DNA of 51,182 bases from Eledone cirrhosa. Its lineage: Eukaryota. Below are positions 26,418 to 40,369 of the stretch, one piece after another. The stretch covers positions 1 through 51,182 of the forward strand of contig CAXHJY010000845.1 in assembly GCA_964016885.1 (NCBI GenBank), read 5' to 3'. Positions within the stretch are counted from its first letter, which is position 1. Each line of letters opens with the position of its first letter. The notes under the pieces were generated by a model that was not told the DNA's origin, searched no databases, and worked only from the letters and a program-made list of their open reading frames with translations. Made by a program: the position numbers and the translations under genes.

Positions 26418-26729
26418 ATGATAATGATAATAATTTTGATGATGGTTGTATGATTTGTAGCACTCTAATGATTTCTAATTTAGGCAGAAGACTAACAATT
26501 TGAACTTTGATGTGGATGGAACACTCGATATCATATACCCCAGTTTTTACCTGGTACATTATTATTTTTCTGTGAAAGGATAAAAGATAAAGTAGAAATC
26601 AATGGGAACTGAATTCAGGCCGTAAAAGAGCGGAACCAATACCACAAAGCCTTTTTCGATGCCCTTTCGGTGCTGTCAAACCACTACTACAATGACAGCA
26701 TTGTTTTGTTCTGTTCCAATTTTAGAATA

Positions 26730-26918
26730 ATAATTGTTTCTACGTTTGGCACAATGCTAGCAATAACCCAGTGCATTACTGGTACTTTATTTTATCGACC
26801 CTGTAAGGATGAAAGGCAAAGTTATCCTCGGCGGGATTTGAACTCAGAATGGCAAGGACCGTAATTCTATACGTCAAAGCATGGCGTCCGACCCTCTACC
26901 AATACTGCCAATCCACCG
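26730..26918 (-). mobile_element. tRNA-derived SINE (same family); an older copy lies at ~26470-26690
   Basis: Sequence similarity to other copies. Confidence 0.88.
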
Positions 26919-27039
26919 AATGGTTTCTAACTTCCTGGCACAATGCCAGTAATTTGGTGAAGAATCTTTAATTCGATTAGCTCCGTCCTTTATGGTGCTT
27001 TGTTTTACAGGACTACTCTGATGCAACAAAGGCAAAAAT

Positions 27040-27900
27040 AACCTCTCCCAATTTTTCTTATTTATAATATTGTAATCAGAATATGCCATTTTGCCCTCAA
27101 TCCATCCGCTCTAACAAGTCCTTCCTAAAGTACATTACAGCAGCATCTTTTAATCCATCAACCCTCCATTCATTACATTTATTTTTGTTTAGGGCCTGAT
27201 CAGATAGGAAAATTCCTAATCTCAAAACTTCATATTAGATTCAGCACAAAAATTGGTATATTAGATGTATCAGGCTTAGAAAGACGAGCTACATTTCTGT
27301 GAAGAAGATGGCCAGATCTTCAGAATATACTCCGCTAATAGATGAATCCATTCTAGGGGGGATAAGTTAAGACTGATTCAACCAGCACAAGTCTATTACG
27401 TAGGTTCATTAAATGAGTGCGTGGAAGATAATTTTCAAAATCATGCGCACATCCTGGACAGTTTCATCGACTTGCACATTAGTGATTGCAGAACTTTACG
27501 TGAGCAGGCAGTTCTCTTTCCCTGTGCTATATTGAAACCAATAATTTTCAGAATATACCTATCAACCTCGAACTGAAATTCCTCCAGTATAGACCTCTTT
27601 CGTTTGTCATAGTAAACACCCAAAACTCCTCCCTATATCCTTGTTGGTCATTCCCTGTTCTAAACTTTTACAGAATATAAGGTTTGAATTACCAAAAATC
27701 GCATTTTTGTTATGCAGTGAGCGTTTGATAATATTTCAGATGCAAGAGCAAAACCCATCGCAGGCTGCACAATGGATTGGGCTATGGAGAGACGAACAAC
27801 AACCGAGACTGCTGAATGTAATCATTATCGTGGTAACAGTCACGAAAACCTTGCAGCTGTGATAGTCAAATAGCATGCTTTTATATCATCAGTCGTGGCT
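27040..27900 (-). pseudogene. Highly decayed CR1/L2-like RT relic
   Basis: Minus-strand traces in the expected order: KVLQSLM, LRNRLVLVESVL (NR.Q.V motif), RKDLLERMD..KWH-like post-DD region; weak. Confidence 0.4.
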
Positions 27901-28208
27901 TCCCCAGACCTCCGTAGAGAAATTGTTGGTGAAACACGCATCTTCGTACAAATGAAACATTTCTTTAAACAAAGGGCAAAAGTCTATGCGCTCTACATCG
28001 GACAGGTGTTTCCTGCGACAAATTCAGACTATCATGTCTTATAACACGAAACAATTCATGTATGCAAAAATGACAATATGTATCATTGTATATGCATATA
28101 TGTTTGTATGTATGTATGTGTGTACGTGTACGTGTAGATGAATATAAATATGCGTATATTTAAATATAAATATACAGACACACACACACACACACACACA
28201 CATATTTA

Positions 28209-28276
<68 letters not shown>

Positions 28277-28281
28277 TATAT

Positions 28282-28361
28282 ATGGTGGCTGCCAACTCGT
28301 TTTCGAGTACGGCCACTACTTTATATCCATGTAGGAGAACCCCTACCGATGCGCTGAACGA
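28282..28361 (+). repeat. Second copy of the ~80-bp repeat at 7171-7250
   Basis: Direct similarity; begins right after (TA)n. Confidence 0.85.
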
Positions 28362-28619
28362 GTGTGACTTTTGAGTCCAGCCAGCGACTTGAAAACTCTG
28401 GTACAAACACTACACTTGTGACAATTATTGACACATAGTGCTGGGCCCATGGTACCATGTGACGACAAGTGCAGAGAGATCTCCAGATATAAAGCAATGC
28501 CTGTGCCGTGAAGCTTTTATAGTGAGCAAAGGCATTGCACAAAGCCAGTCCCACTCTCTTAACCAAGATGATATTTACCAAAAAGAAGAACAAGTCAACA
28601 TCATTGGATACCATCAGGG

Positions 28620-28855
28620 TTGCAGGTGTTACATCAGAGTTTTCCTTCTCCTAGAATTCTGCCTTGACCAAGGCTAAGGGGTCATCTCTCCCGGTGATTT
28701 TGGATGGCCATTGACTCTTAAGAGCTCCTTTGCCCTTTGACAGGTTTTGTTTTTAGTCCTGCAGGATGTCCAAAGTCACCCTCCTCGCCAAGAAAACTTG
28801 GTGGGGTTGCCAGTTTAGTCGCCAATGACCCGACCATGAGACAGGTTGTACTGGG
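28620..28855 (-). mobile_element. RTE-type 5' UTR fragment
   Basis: Minus strand ...ccttggtcaaggcagaattctaggagaaggaaaactctga, a motif I recall from RTE 5' regions; begins at a TA array. Confidence 0.5.
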
Positions 28856-28919
<64 letters not shown>

Positions 28920-29760
28920 ATATGTGCGCCAACGAGTGTGTGTGTATTTTTTGCGTGTGTACGCGCCATTCTATACATTATGGTTCTGTGTATTTTAATA
29001 TCACCATCACTTTGAAATAATGACGTCCGGCTTTTGAAGTGTTGTTCTACCAATTGTTGGAATGGAGGAGTTAGTTTTTACACTTGTACCACGATGACTA
29101 ATGTATTACTACTTCACACTGTTAGTTTTCACCTTTTTACCTTTTCTAAGTGTACTACATCACACCAAACAGATAATCTCGTAATTAATACCTAAACCTA
29201 ATCCTTATCAGAATGCCCTAGTAAAAATGGACTGAAATAACCTCGTACGAGTTTTGAAAACGAACCTTAACCTTAAAGCCTTATATTAAGGGATTTGTAT
29301 CTTAAGCTGACATCGTTTAATAATCTGTCAATCCGTAATGTATATATTAAGATCCATATTTTGTGATATTCTGTTATGCAGGGGATAATTAATTTTGAAA
29401 AACATAAGTCTTCTTTTCTTTTGTTTATAAGTACTGGCATTTATTTTGTGAGGAAAAATTATAGAAAAATATGATACATAACATGATAGGGGTGTTCCAT
29501 TGTGGCCATATACGATTGACTGAAAGAAGCAATAGAATTAATAAAAAATTGTGAAGTTTCTGCTTGCAGTAAATTATATGAATTTATTAATGCGTAATCT
29601 CTATTTTTCTCCTCATAAAAACATTTAAAAGTTTACTTCTATGTATCCCCCCCCCTCTCTCTCCCCTCTAGCTCTCGCTCTCTCTCTCTCCCTATCCCTC
29701 TCTCTCTCTGATTTCTCTCTGTCCCTCTCTCTCTCTATCTCTTTCTCTCTCATTGATATT

Positions 29761-29791
<31 letters not shown>

Positions 29792-30948
29792 CTGTGTGTG
29801 TGTATTAATAAAGGCGCGTGGGTAAGTGGTTAAGGTGTGGTGTGCGTTAGGTTTTCTTTCAAGCGGCTCCAGTCCACTCAGCTGTAATTCCAAATCGTGG
29901 CACATTAAATCTCATTGGGGCCGACATTAAGGATACATATTATTTTATTATGATAAACAACAAATCTCGTTTTAGTTTACTTACATATTAGTGTGTGCGT
30001 ATGTATGTGTATGGACATGCTTACACCCACACATACACCCACACCCATATATAAATGTGTGTGTGTGTGAGAGAGAGAGTGTGTGTATATATATATATAT
30101 ATATATAGGGAGAGGGAGAGATGAGGGGAAATGCACACACTTAAATTTAATGAGCAGTATGTTCCGTGGTTCAAATAGCTGAAACAGTAGTCGACGGAAA
30201 TTACGGACAGCATTCATATATAAATATATGTGTGTATGTGTGTGTGTATGTATTCGTTTATATGTATTTTGGCGTATGCGTCTATGTTCATATTATGTAC
30301 ACATACACCATATAAATACATATGGGTGTCTATTTGACTGAGTGTAATATAAAGTTAATGTCTGTGCATGGGAGTTTGTGAATGTTTTTTATGGTTGGGG
30401 ATATGTGTGCTTATGTGTCCATAGGGAAGCTTCTTATTTTATTCAGTAAGATCCTTTTGCCTTGTTATGATTTTCACATTCTTTTAGCTCTACAGTCGAA
30501 AAATATAAAACGCCCAGACACATAGACATAGAAAAGAAACTATATTCAAATGCATTCAACAGTTTATTCAGTGTCATTGTTGAAGTACTAGCAATGAACG
30601 TTGCTTCGTTAGAATCCCATTCATTGAAGATCTCCACCCATCCTGTGTTGTTCAGTGACTAACAGCTAACTAGCGAAGTAAACATGAGCACCTGGTCTAT
30701 CTGGTCTATTTAGCGATGTAAAAGAGTTAGTTCTTTTTCAAGGTTGTTTTTAGTAGCTAACACACCTTATCGAAAATCATTAAGGTTTGAAAGGTACGGT
30801 GAAAAAATAAAATAAAATAAACATGAACCTAAGGAAATTATGTTTCTATAATACGTTAGTATTCCGTGTGTGTGTGAGGTAGGTGTGAGCACTCAGACAC
30901 AAACACACACAGACACACACAAAAACTCACACACACACGCGCACACAA

Positions 30949-30955
<7 letters not shown>

Positions 30956-31028
<73 letters not shown>

Positions 31029-31052
31029 GTGTGTGTGTGCGTGTGTGTGTGC
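30956..31052. repeat. (TG)n microsatellite
   Basis: Direct reading. Confidence 0.97.
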
Positions 31053-31118
31053 AAGCAAAGGCTTCAAGGTAGAAAAATGAGCATGAAATAAAAGTATATA
31101 TACGCTCTCTCACTCTCT

Positions 31119-31201
<83 letters not shown>

Positions 31202-31931
31202 ATATATATGTTTGTGTGTGTATGGATGTATGAAAGTATGTATGTGTGTGTGTGTGTGTGTGTGCCTGTGTGTGTGTATGTATATATGGATGTATGAAAG
31301 TATGTATGTATCTATGTATGTATGACATACAAGCCTAATCATAAATAGCCACGCGTGCGCAAACCGTACAACTCGGCAATTTCAGAAAAAAAGAAACCCA
31401 GTAAAGATGAAAAGAGAATACGCTTTGCCGACGTTGCTTCAATAGAATTACTTGAAGCAAACATGGCATGTGTGTATTGTGTGTATTGGATGGGTGGGCC
31501 CTTAAAACATATAGAAGACACCATATCCCAACATATACACCGCCAACAACAACAAAAGCAAGGAAATTAGATACACATAACAAACAACAAAAGGAATAAA
31601 GGGAAAACAGCATTATATTGATAATAGTATTTAAGAATATCTATAATGTACTGGTGATATCGAAAATGATTGAATTCATATTTTGTTATATTTATCGATT
31701 ATGTAAATCTATGAGTAACAACAACAAGAATAATGACGAACAAAACAACAACAACATGAAGGAAAATGACAGCTACTACCACAAAAACAACAGTCGCGTT
31801 ATTGATATACTATAAAATGCACCTGAAGGATCAGTTCTAAATATTTTTTTACAATTTCATTTAACATATTTGTTTACTAATGTCATTTGTTATTATTTTT
31901 CGATATTAATGTTATTATTCATTTATGTATA

Positions 31932-32082
31932 GGGCGGTGGATTAGCAGTTACGTCCCTTTACAGTCTGAGTTTAATCCTGCCGAGGTTAACTTTGTCTTT
32001 CATCCTAACGCCGTCAATAAAATGAATTACTAGTAATACACTGGAGTAATTGTTGGCCTTGTGCCAAAAGTAGAAAGAATTA
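31932..32082 (+). mobile_element. tRNA-derived SINE, internally deleted
   Basis: ggcggtggattagcag...gccgaggttaactttg...ggccttgtgccaaaagtagaaa. Confidence 0.8.
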
Positions 32083-32682
32083 TTCATTTATGTATAAAAT
32101 AAAAGAAACGTTTTATCAAGAAATATGTAAAGCTTCTGCCTAGACATACGACCGACAGATAGTATTAGCAATTGGAACGACCAACGGAGACATTGTTTCC
32201 TCGGTCCGATTTGTCGAGCTCCATCTCACTCGTTATGTAAATGAGGTCTTGGGCCATGTCCATCGAATGTCAGCATGTAGAGCTGAATATACATACACAT
32301 TTATATGTTTACATGCATATATGTATATATACGTGCAAACTACTACAGCCGTCACTCGCAATTGAGAATGACAAGGTAACAGTATTATGCGTTTGCCTAT
32401 GGTTGTAGATGACCATGTAGTAGCGACACAGACACCTACACGTCCACCCCTTTCATCTTGCATAACGTACAGGATGTGGAACTTGGAAGTTGAAAGCGTT
32501 GTAACAACACTGGGTTGGCGCATTTTGTATCGATATCGAAAAGTTAAAATCTGCAATGGAGATTGGAACATGGAAACACGGTACAAATAGCAAACTCTTG
32601 GCCAAATCACTCGTCATATATGTGTATTGTTTGTATACACACACAAACATATATATATATAAATATACATATATATATATGC

Positions 32683-32785
<103 letters not shown>

Positions 32786-32797
32786 TATATATAAATA

Positions 32798-32829
<32 letters not shown>

Positions 32830-32868
32830 CAGATAAATCCACCAATTAATGGTAGGGTCTAAGCCGTA

Positions 32869-32871
<3 letters not shown>
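32830..32871 (-). mobile_element. ~40-bp 3'-terminal stub of the family at 40367-41115, embedded in (TA)n
   Basis: taaatccaccaattaatggtagggtctaagccgtatga matches 40373-40410. Confidence 0.8.
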
Positions 32872-32913
<42 letters not shown>

Positions 32914-32961
32914 TATATATATTTATATATATATATATATATAGATATATATATTTATATA

Positions 32962-33008
<47 letters not shown>

Positions 33009-33049
33009 ATATGTATGTATGTATATATATATGCATGTGCATATATATA

Positions 33050-33091
<42 letters not shown>

Positions 33092-33648
33092 TGTATATAT
33101 ATATACACGCACACATATATGTGTGTATGTATTAATGTTTATGTATTTTTTTATCTGTCTCAATAATATTTATCAGAAGGAAAGCAAAATAAACATATAT
33201 AATAGATACAGGTCTATTTTCAAAAATAGATAATCGTGCACTGAGGTACACTCCATTAAAGTAAACAGGCAAGGAGAATGTGTATCTGGATAAAAGAGAA
33301 GGAATGAATGAAAGAAAGACGATCAGAAAAGTTGAATGATTAAGCAGGACATCGAAGCATTTTCAAAGCAGCTTATCTAAATCTTCAATGCAGAATTTGA
33401 ACTTGGATAAAAACATCTTATGTCTAATGCTTATCTATATGTACTGCATGGGGCATGTTTATGTCTAGAGTCGTTTTCTTCTCGATATGGTTGTAAATTT
33501 TTATCTGTATGTGATATTTGTAAGGATATAGATAGGGGCCTACGCATGCACATGTCTACTCGTGTGTTTTCGTGTGTCTATGTGTGTATTATTCTCTCTC
33601 TGTTGCTAGCTCTCTCTCTCTCTCTCCCTCTCTCTTTCTCTCTCTCTC

Positions 33649-33724
<76 letters not shown>

Positions 33725-34215
33725 TTAAAAACAAAAAACAAAACAATAGCGAAGAGTGCAGTAGAAACAGTGTTAGTATTAGGTTCTAGTGTGTGTGTGT
33801 GTCCGTGTTTGTGTCTGTGTTCATACTTATACGTACATTTATTATACACAGGCAGATACACGTATCTAATATATATAGTTAAATGGCTGAGTTTTATAAA
33901 TGTAATTCGACGTATTGTATTTCATTAGATCAACCATCTATTTCTATGTGAAACAATACTAAATACTATTTATTAATACAAACACAGAGGCTGAAAATTC
34001 ATACTATTAGAGTTTCATCTCGAAATAATTACGGCAAACCAAATTATGATGTCAATCATAGGCTTCGAAGTTCATAGTCCTCGTGGTCTTCACTGCTGGT
34101 GTTCTGTGCCCTTGAATTATTGATCGAGGGATACTTCTATCTATTTTTCAAACCATATACAGCTAAAACAGTACCCTGTATAAATGTATAAGTTGGATGA
34201 TTATTATATATTTAT

Positions 34216-34400
34216 GGATTGGCAGTATCGGTAGAGGGTCGGACGCCATGCTTTGACGCATAGAGTTACGGTCTTTGCCATTCTGAGTTCAAATCCCGCC
34301 GAGGTTAACTTTGCCTTTCATCCTTACGGGGTCGATAAAATAAAGTACCAGTAATGCACTGGGTAATTGCTGGCCTTGTGCCAAAAAGTAGAAACAATTA
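34216..34400 (+). mobile_element. tRNA-derived SINE (same family); older copy at ~34470-34620
   Basis: A/B boxes and similarity to other copies. Confidence 0.9.
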
Positions 34401-35257
34401 TATATTTATATATAGAAAAGCATACTTAATGTTGAGTGTTATACTGCATAGTCTGTGGATAAACACTATTGTAAGAGTGCCGGAGAAAATGCTTTGTTGT
34501 ATTTCGTTCCAGCTCATTGTATTCTGAGTTTAAATGTTGCCACTGTCAACTTTGGCTTTCATCTTTTCGGGATCGATAAAATATGATAGATGAAGTACTA
34601 GGTTCGATTTAATTGACTGCACTCATGTCTCATAATCTTTTTGAAACAATAATGCTACGGACTGTGAGTGGAAATCGTAAACAAATTTTCTTATTGATGT
34701 TTGCGCTTTAGAGATAATGAAAATATAACCGGTAAATTATATTAATGTTGTAAGGAGCCATGATGCGAGATAATATTAGTTTTGAATCTTATAATGATGG
34801 AAAAACCTCACAGCAAACAATATATGTTGTAGAGTTTAATTATTCAGTGTATATGATTCGTGTCTCCTTACTTGGTACTCGTTGTTTCTCGTTATAAATT
34901 TCCGTTGGTCCACGAGATCACTACAATTCACAAAAGTCTACAAACTTTTGTACATGTGGAAAACAACTAGCAACACGAGGGATGGGTAGATAAATAAGTT
35001 TATATGTATGAGTGTATGTGTCTATGTAACCTAATCAGTTAGCTTAAGAATTATTTGAAAATTAAGGAATATTTAAAAATTGAAATGTATGCATCCCAAC
35101 AGACATGACTATAATAAGGGTGGATCTCTCTAAATGCTTGTTGATAAAATCGGATAAAGTAAACTGGAGCCGAAAAGATATACCGTAGATACACACACCC
35201 AAACAGCAGACACACACACGCGTGCATATATATATATATATATATACACATATATAT

Positions 35258-35670
35258 ATATGTTAACCTTGGTCTTCCTCTTCTAGTGTGTCCATGTAGG
35301 GGCTCCCAAAGGAGCACTGAGTGCAATGTCAAATCTGGATGTCGGTGAGCATGTCCAGCCAACCTCAGTCTCCTCTGTGTCACTTTTGAGCTGACTTTTG
35401 GGATGCTCCCATACAGCTCTGAGTTTTTCATCCTCAGTGTATACTGATTAATGTTCAGAGCCATCCTCAGCATTCTCGTGTAGCACCCATCCACCATCTG
35501 AGTGAGTCTTGGCCAGAAGAGGAAGACCAAGGTTAACATATGTTGATGCCCTAAGGACGGACACTGGTCTGTTGGAGATGCAGGATATGGCAGCGATAAT
35601 GAGGGACAGAGACCGCTGGAGAGAACTCGTCCATGGATTTCGGGAATTTTACCCGCCTTAGATAGATATA
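35258..35670. mobile_element. 3' end of an RTE-like LINE with inverted 5' segment
   Basis: 35258-35514 minus: VDGCYTRMLRMALN...LYGSIPKVSSKVTQRRLRLAGHAHRH...VLLWEPLHGHTRRGRPRLTY; 35515-35661 plus: RRGRPRLTYVDALRTDTG...MRDRDRWRELV..P*; tagataga tail. Confidence 0.88.
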
Positions 35671-35797
35671 TATATATTTATCATATATGGGTGGGTGACC
35701 GTTTGAATGTGAAAATATACTATTTTAAATGTGGCAGAATGATTGCGGCACACACATACACATATACACACACATGCACGCACACACACACACGAGC

Positions 35798-35923
<126 letters not shown>

Positions 35924-36122
35924 CAGATAGAATGTGCTAAAATCCAACTAGACCATAACCCAGCAGCGTATTCGATACTTGGGGTAGTAGAGTGGGTAAT
36001 ATGAACAGATTCAGGATCGTGAAGGATGGGCTCGGGCCGTTTCGACAGCTAAATCCGAACTTCGGGATCTAGCTGTCGAAACGGTCGGAGCTCAGCCGTA
36101 GTGGTCCTGAATATTTTCATAT
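35924..36122. mobile_element. Family A/B/C copy C: fold-back with HHR 3' halves
   Basis: Palindrome ~36000-36120 (ccgtttcgacagcta-aatccgaa/ttcgggatc-tagctgtcgaaacgg); GAA-ACGGT-cggagctca-GCCGT-A; tail similar to copies A and B. Confidence 0.7.
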
Positions 36123-36471
36123 ATATATAGTAGGGACATTAAAGTAAGTAAGTAAATATTTTATTCTTATCTTGTTTGCTTTTCCCATATATGAGTTTAT
36201 TAAGCTCCAAAGGTGTTGATTTTGTTAATTCTTTCATGGAGCCAAACATAGTATCGGTGGGACGCCTTTGTATGTATACTTGTGTAGAAAAATCTTGCAT
36301 CTATACTTGTGTAGAAAAATATATATACTTCTTCATTTAATTTAACAATGAAAATAATAACAACAAAGTCGAGTTATTTTACTTATTCATATCATTGTTT
36401 TACGATCGTTTCAGAGGGTTTATCATATTGACATATTGTCAATATGATGTTATTACTTTTATTGTTAGATT

Positions 36472-36546
<75 letters not shown>

Positions 36547-36783
36547 GCGTACTAAAGTAGGAGTATACGGGCTGTTTCAAGTCGATAAAATTGTGAGTAC
36601 TTTAGCGTTTTCTTATGTTAATCCGTTGAAACAATAATTACATTGTTTTCATAGATTAAGGCTTCTGGCTGGGATGTTGTATTACAATTATTCTTTTGCG
36701 TATACTTCACAAGAATTTCTTGAGTTAATTTTAAAGAACAATATCGAAATCACTGGATACCGATCGAAAACATTTGGGTTGAT

Positions 36784-37660
36784 GGCGGTGGGTTGGCAGT
36801 ATCTGTAGAGGGTCGGACGCCATGCTTTGCAGCATAAAGTTACGGCTCTTTATTATCTGAGCTCAAATCCCGCCGAGGTTAACTTTACCTTTCATCCTTA
36901 TGGGGTCGATAAAATAAAGTACCAGTCATGCACTGGGGTCGATTTAATCGACTTTCCTCTCCCCTCCAAATTACTGGCCTTGTGCCTATATAAGAAACCA
37001 TTATTACTATTTGGGTTGGCAGAAACGCTAGAGCATCTGATACACTGCTTCGTCGCATAAAGTGACGTCCCTTTACGTTTGGGTTCAAATCCCACCGAGG
37101 TTAGCTTTACCTTTCAACCTTACGTGATCGACAAATTAAAGTACCAGTCGCGCACTGGGGCCGATTTAATCGACTTTCCCCTCCCCCAAAATTACTGACC
37201 TTGTGCACATATAAGAAACCATTGTTCTTATCATTATTATTATTAGGGCAGCGGATTAGCAGTATCGGTAGAGGGTCGGACGCCATGCTTTGCAGCATAG
37301 AGTTACGGCCCTTTACGATATGGGTTCAAATGCCGCCGAGGTTAACTTTGCCTTTCATCATTACGAGGTCGATAAAATAAAGTACCAGTCACGCACTGGG
37401 GTCCATTTAATCGACTTTCCCCTCCCCAAAAATTGCTGGCCTTGTGCTTAAATCTGAAGCCGTTATTATTAGATTGGCAGAATCGGTAGAGCGTCAGACA
37501 CCATGCTTTCTAGCATAGTTACGTCCCTTTACAGTCTAAGTTCAAATCCCGCCGAGGTTAACTTTGCCTTTCATCCTTACGGGGTCGATAAAATAAAGTA
37601 CCAGTAATGTACTGCGTAATTGCTGATCTTGTGCCTAAAGTAGAAACAGTAATTATTATT
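36784..37660 (+). mobile_element. Head-to-tail array of four tRNA-derived SINEs
   Basis: Units ~36784-37000, 37012-37222, 37246-37470, 37471-37660 joined by (ATT)n-like linkers. Confidence 0.92.
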
Positions 37661-37670
37661 AATATTATAC

Positions 37671-37719
<49 letters not shown>

Positions 37720-37785
37720 GTTATTCCGGGTTGAATCGGAGGTAACCACAGTAAGTAAGGTACTCAATACATTGCAGAGTATAAA

Positions 37786-37836
37786 AGATTCCTGATAATT
37801 TCTAAAGAATGAAACAGTTCTAGTCCTGTAGAATCT
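37786..37836 (+). ncRNA. Type-I hammerhead with one core substitution (CTGATAA)
   Basis: AGATTC-CTGATAA-T-TTC-TAAA-GAA-T-GAA-ACAG-ttctagtc-CTGT-A|GAATCT: 6-bp stem I, 4-bp stem III, GUA triplet. Confidence 0.75.
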
Positions 37837-38559
37837 CATCTATATTAATATATATATATATGAATCTCTTTCTATATATAACGAGAGAGAGATAGAAAGA
37901 GAGATATGGAACACACGCAGAATAAGATGTAGAGGAGGGGGATAGCAAAAAAAAAAAACGAATAGAAGAATCGTTGTCTAAAAATACAAAAATTAGTAAA
38001 AGATACAGAAAATAAGAATGATTTACAGACTAATTGATAATATGTATGAAAGGCTTGTTTTTGTGTGCTTATTTTCTTCGTTTATATTTTTTGTTCATTC
38101 CACCTTTTCAATTGAAGTCCCTTACTAAACAACAGCAACAACAACAACAGTCACAAATAACCTCGGTCCACCTCAGTGTCAAACCTTCGCCAACACTATA
38201 ACTATCATTGACGAGTGTTCACTGATGCAGTCATGCATAAAGACAGCCATTGCTGACTAAGTTTAATATTTTATTTTATATTTAGTTTGTCATATTTAGT
38301 TTTTGTTTGTTTGTTTGTTTGTTGTTGTTTTGTAGCAGTACACTTGCAGTTGTTGTTGTTGTTGTTGTTGTGCATAGATCATAGAGACCAATAGTAACGT
38401 CACGACTGTAATGTGATGTGATGATAATGATGATGATAAACCCACCTTAAATGTCAACTCCATTATGTGTTTGCCAATGATAGACAGCAACAGCGGACGG
38501 CGACGGAGACAGCATTCATGACAGAAGGAATGATGGTGAGACCCAATATACTACTGCCA

Positions 38560-38985
38560 CTGCACCTGCTGTTGATGATGATGATAATGAAGATGGTGAT
38601 GGTGGTGGTGGTGGTAGTGATGTTGTTGTTGTTGTTGGTAGTGGTGGTGGGAGGGTGATGGTGATGATGATGAGGAGGAGATAGAACAAGAAGGGTACAA
38701 TGTTAAAAATGATGTAGGATCAGGATGATGACGATGATGATGCTGGTGATGATGATTTTGGTGATAATGCTGATGGTGGTGTTGTTGTTGGTGATGATAA
38801 TGATGATAATGATGATGATGAGGTGGAGGAGGATACAGAAGAACAGAGTAAGAGTGCAATGTTCAGAATGATGTAGGGTGAGGGTCAGGACGATGATGAT
38901 GCTGGTGATGATGATGTTGATGGTGATGACGATAACAATGACGACAACGATAACCACAACGACAACGACGTGATAATGGTGAGGA
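38560..38985. repeat. Compound (GAT/GGT/GTT)n low-complexity tract
   Basis: Direct reading; internal duplication of aatgatgtagg...gatgatgatgctggtgatgatg. Confidence 0.9.
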
Positions 38986-40326
38986 CAGTGAGCATATACG
39001 CAGATGCGATTGTAGTAACAAAAAAAAAAGACTCGCATAAAACAATAATAATATACAAAAAAGTAAGAAACGATTCGTTTCATATAGAGATAGAACCAAC
39101 TAGGGACAATCAAGAAACTCGACAGCATTCTCAATTACCCGCACTGTCGAGGGTATTGACTCACTCTTAGTTGTATTCCCCAATCTAGAGGCATATATAG
39201 AAAGGAACCCCATTTACTAAGGCCATAAAAACCACTTCCATCTACGTTTAAATACGTAGTTCATGAGAGAGCAGCACATTTCGCTCCAATCCCACTATCT
39301 GAGTAGAGCTTGAAGAAGTTCATGAGAGCTTGGCCGAGCAAAAACTTGCCTCTATTTTGTATTTCAATGTTGTCCATAAGAAAAAATATTTCTTTCACCA
39401 TTTCCATCAACAAGTGAGACCGAGAAATAGAGTGGGTTGGGCTTGTTTAGTGTAAAGCTATGACTTTCAGAGAGACCTATTTGCCTCAATTTATAGTTCT
39501 TTTATTCTACTTTGTTATTTGAAAATGCATAATGAACGCTGCATGTATGTATGTGGTATGTATATACATGTGTGTGTCTGTGTGCGTATGAAAACGTAAC
39601 TGATGCAGAAATCATCTATTTAGACATGATTATTAGATTGCTTAAATAATTATTGAGCAGTATTAGCTGGTGGTGGTGGGGAGGGGGGGGGGGCTTCTTT
39701 TCATATCTGGCCTAATTCTATAAACAGCTTTGCACAGGCCTGGACTCCAGAGAAATATTAAAATGATGCTGGTCACTTCCGCCCAATAAAATGTGTTGTA
39801 GCAGTTTATTACTATAGACTCGGTTGATAACTGGTGCGTCCTAAATGCAACAAAAGTTGTTTGGCATAACTCTACATATCAACAATGCTCTGATAAAAGA
39901 TAAGTGTATGTAGATTGGTTTCGTCGTTCTGCGTTCATCTTTTGCAAGGCCAGCTAGAAATTGTTTCTGTTTATGTTTTATCTCAAATAGCACCACCAGT
40001 CCATGGAATTCTAGACATTATGCATAATTACAACGTCCTACAGAATAAACATTTTGTTCGCCACCGCCTATAGTTTCCCTTGAGAACGAACTTAATTTCG
40101 CATCTCTAATCCTCTACCAAATGTAAGGTTTCAGGTAACATCAACGCATTACTGGACTTTTAGTTAGCTCGTAGCTAGTGTTCAGTAATTAGCTGAACAA
40201 TGGTCATACTATGTGGTATATTGCAATCTACACACATTCGCACACACACTCACACATATATACAGAGACACACACGCGGGCGCACACACACACACACACA
40301 CATGCACACACACACACACCAACACA

Positions 40327-40369
<43 letters not shown>

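Noticed and set aside
31355-31570. ORF with KRIRF motif as an exon
   Set aside because: No convincing splice pair or recognisable homology
36784-37660. Repeat array as CRISPR or tRNA cluster
   Set aside because: ~210-bp SINE units without unique spacers or cloverleaf; eukaryotic context
38551-38985. His/Gln-rich ORF resembling a transcription-factor tract
   Set aside because: Compound trinucleotide repeat with no domain or splice support
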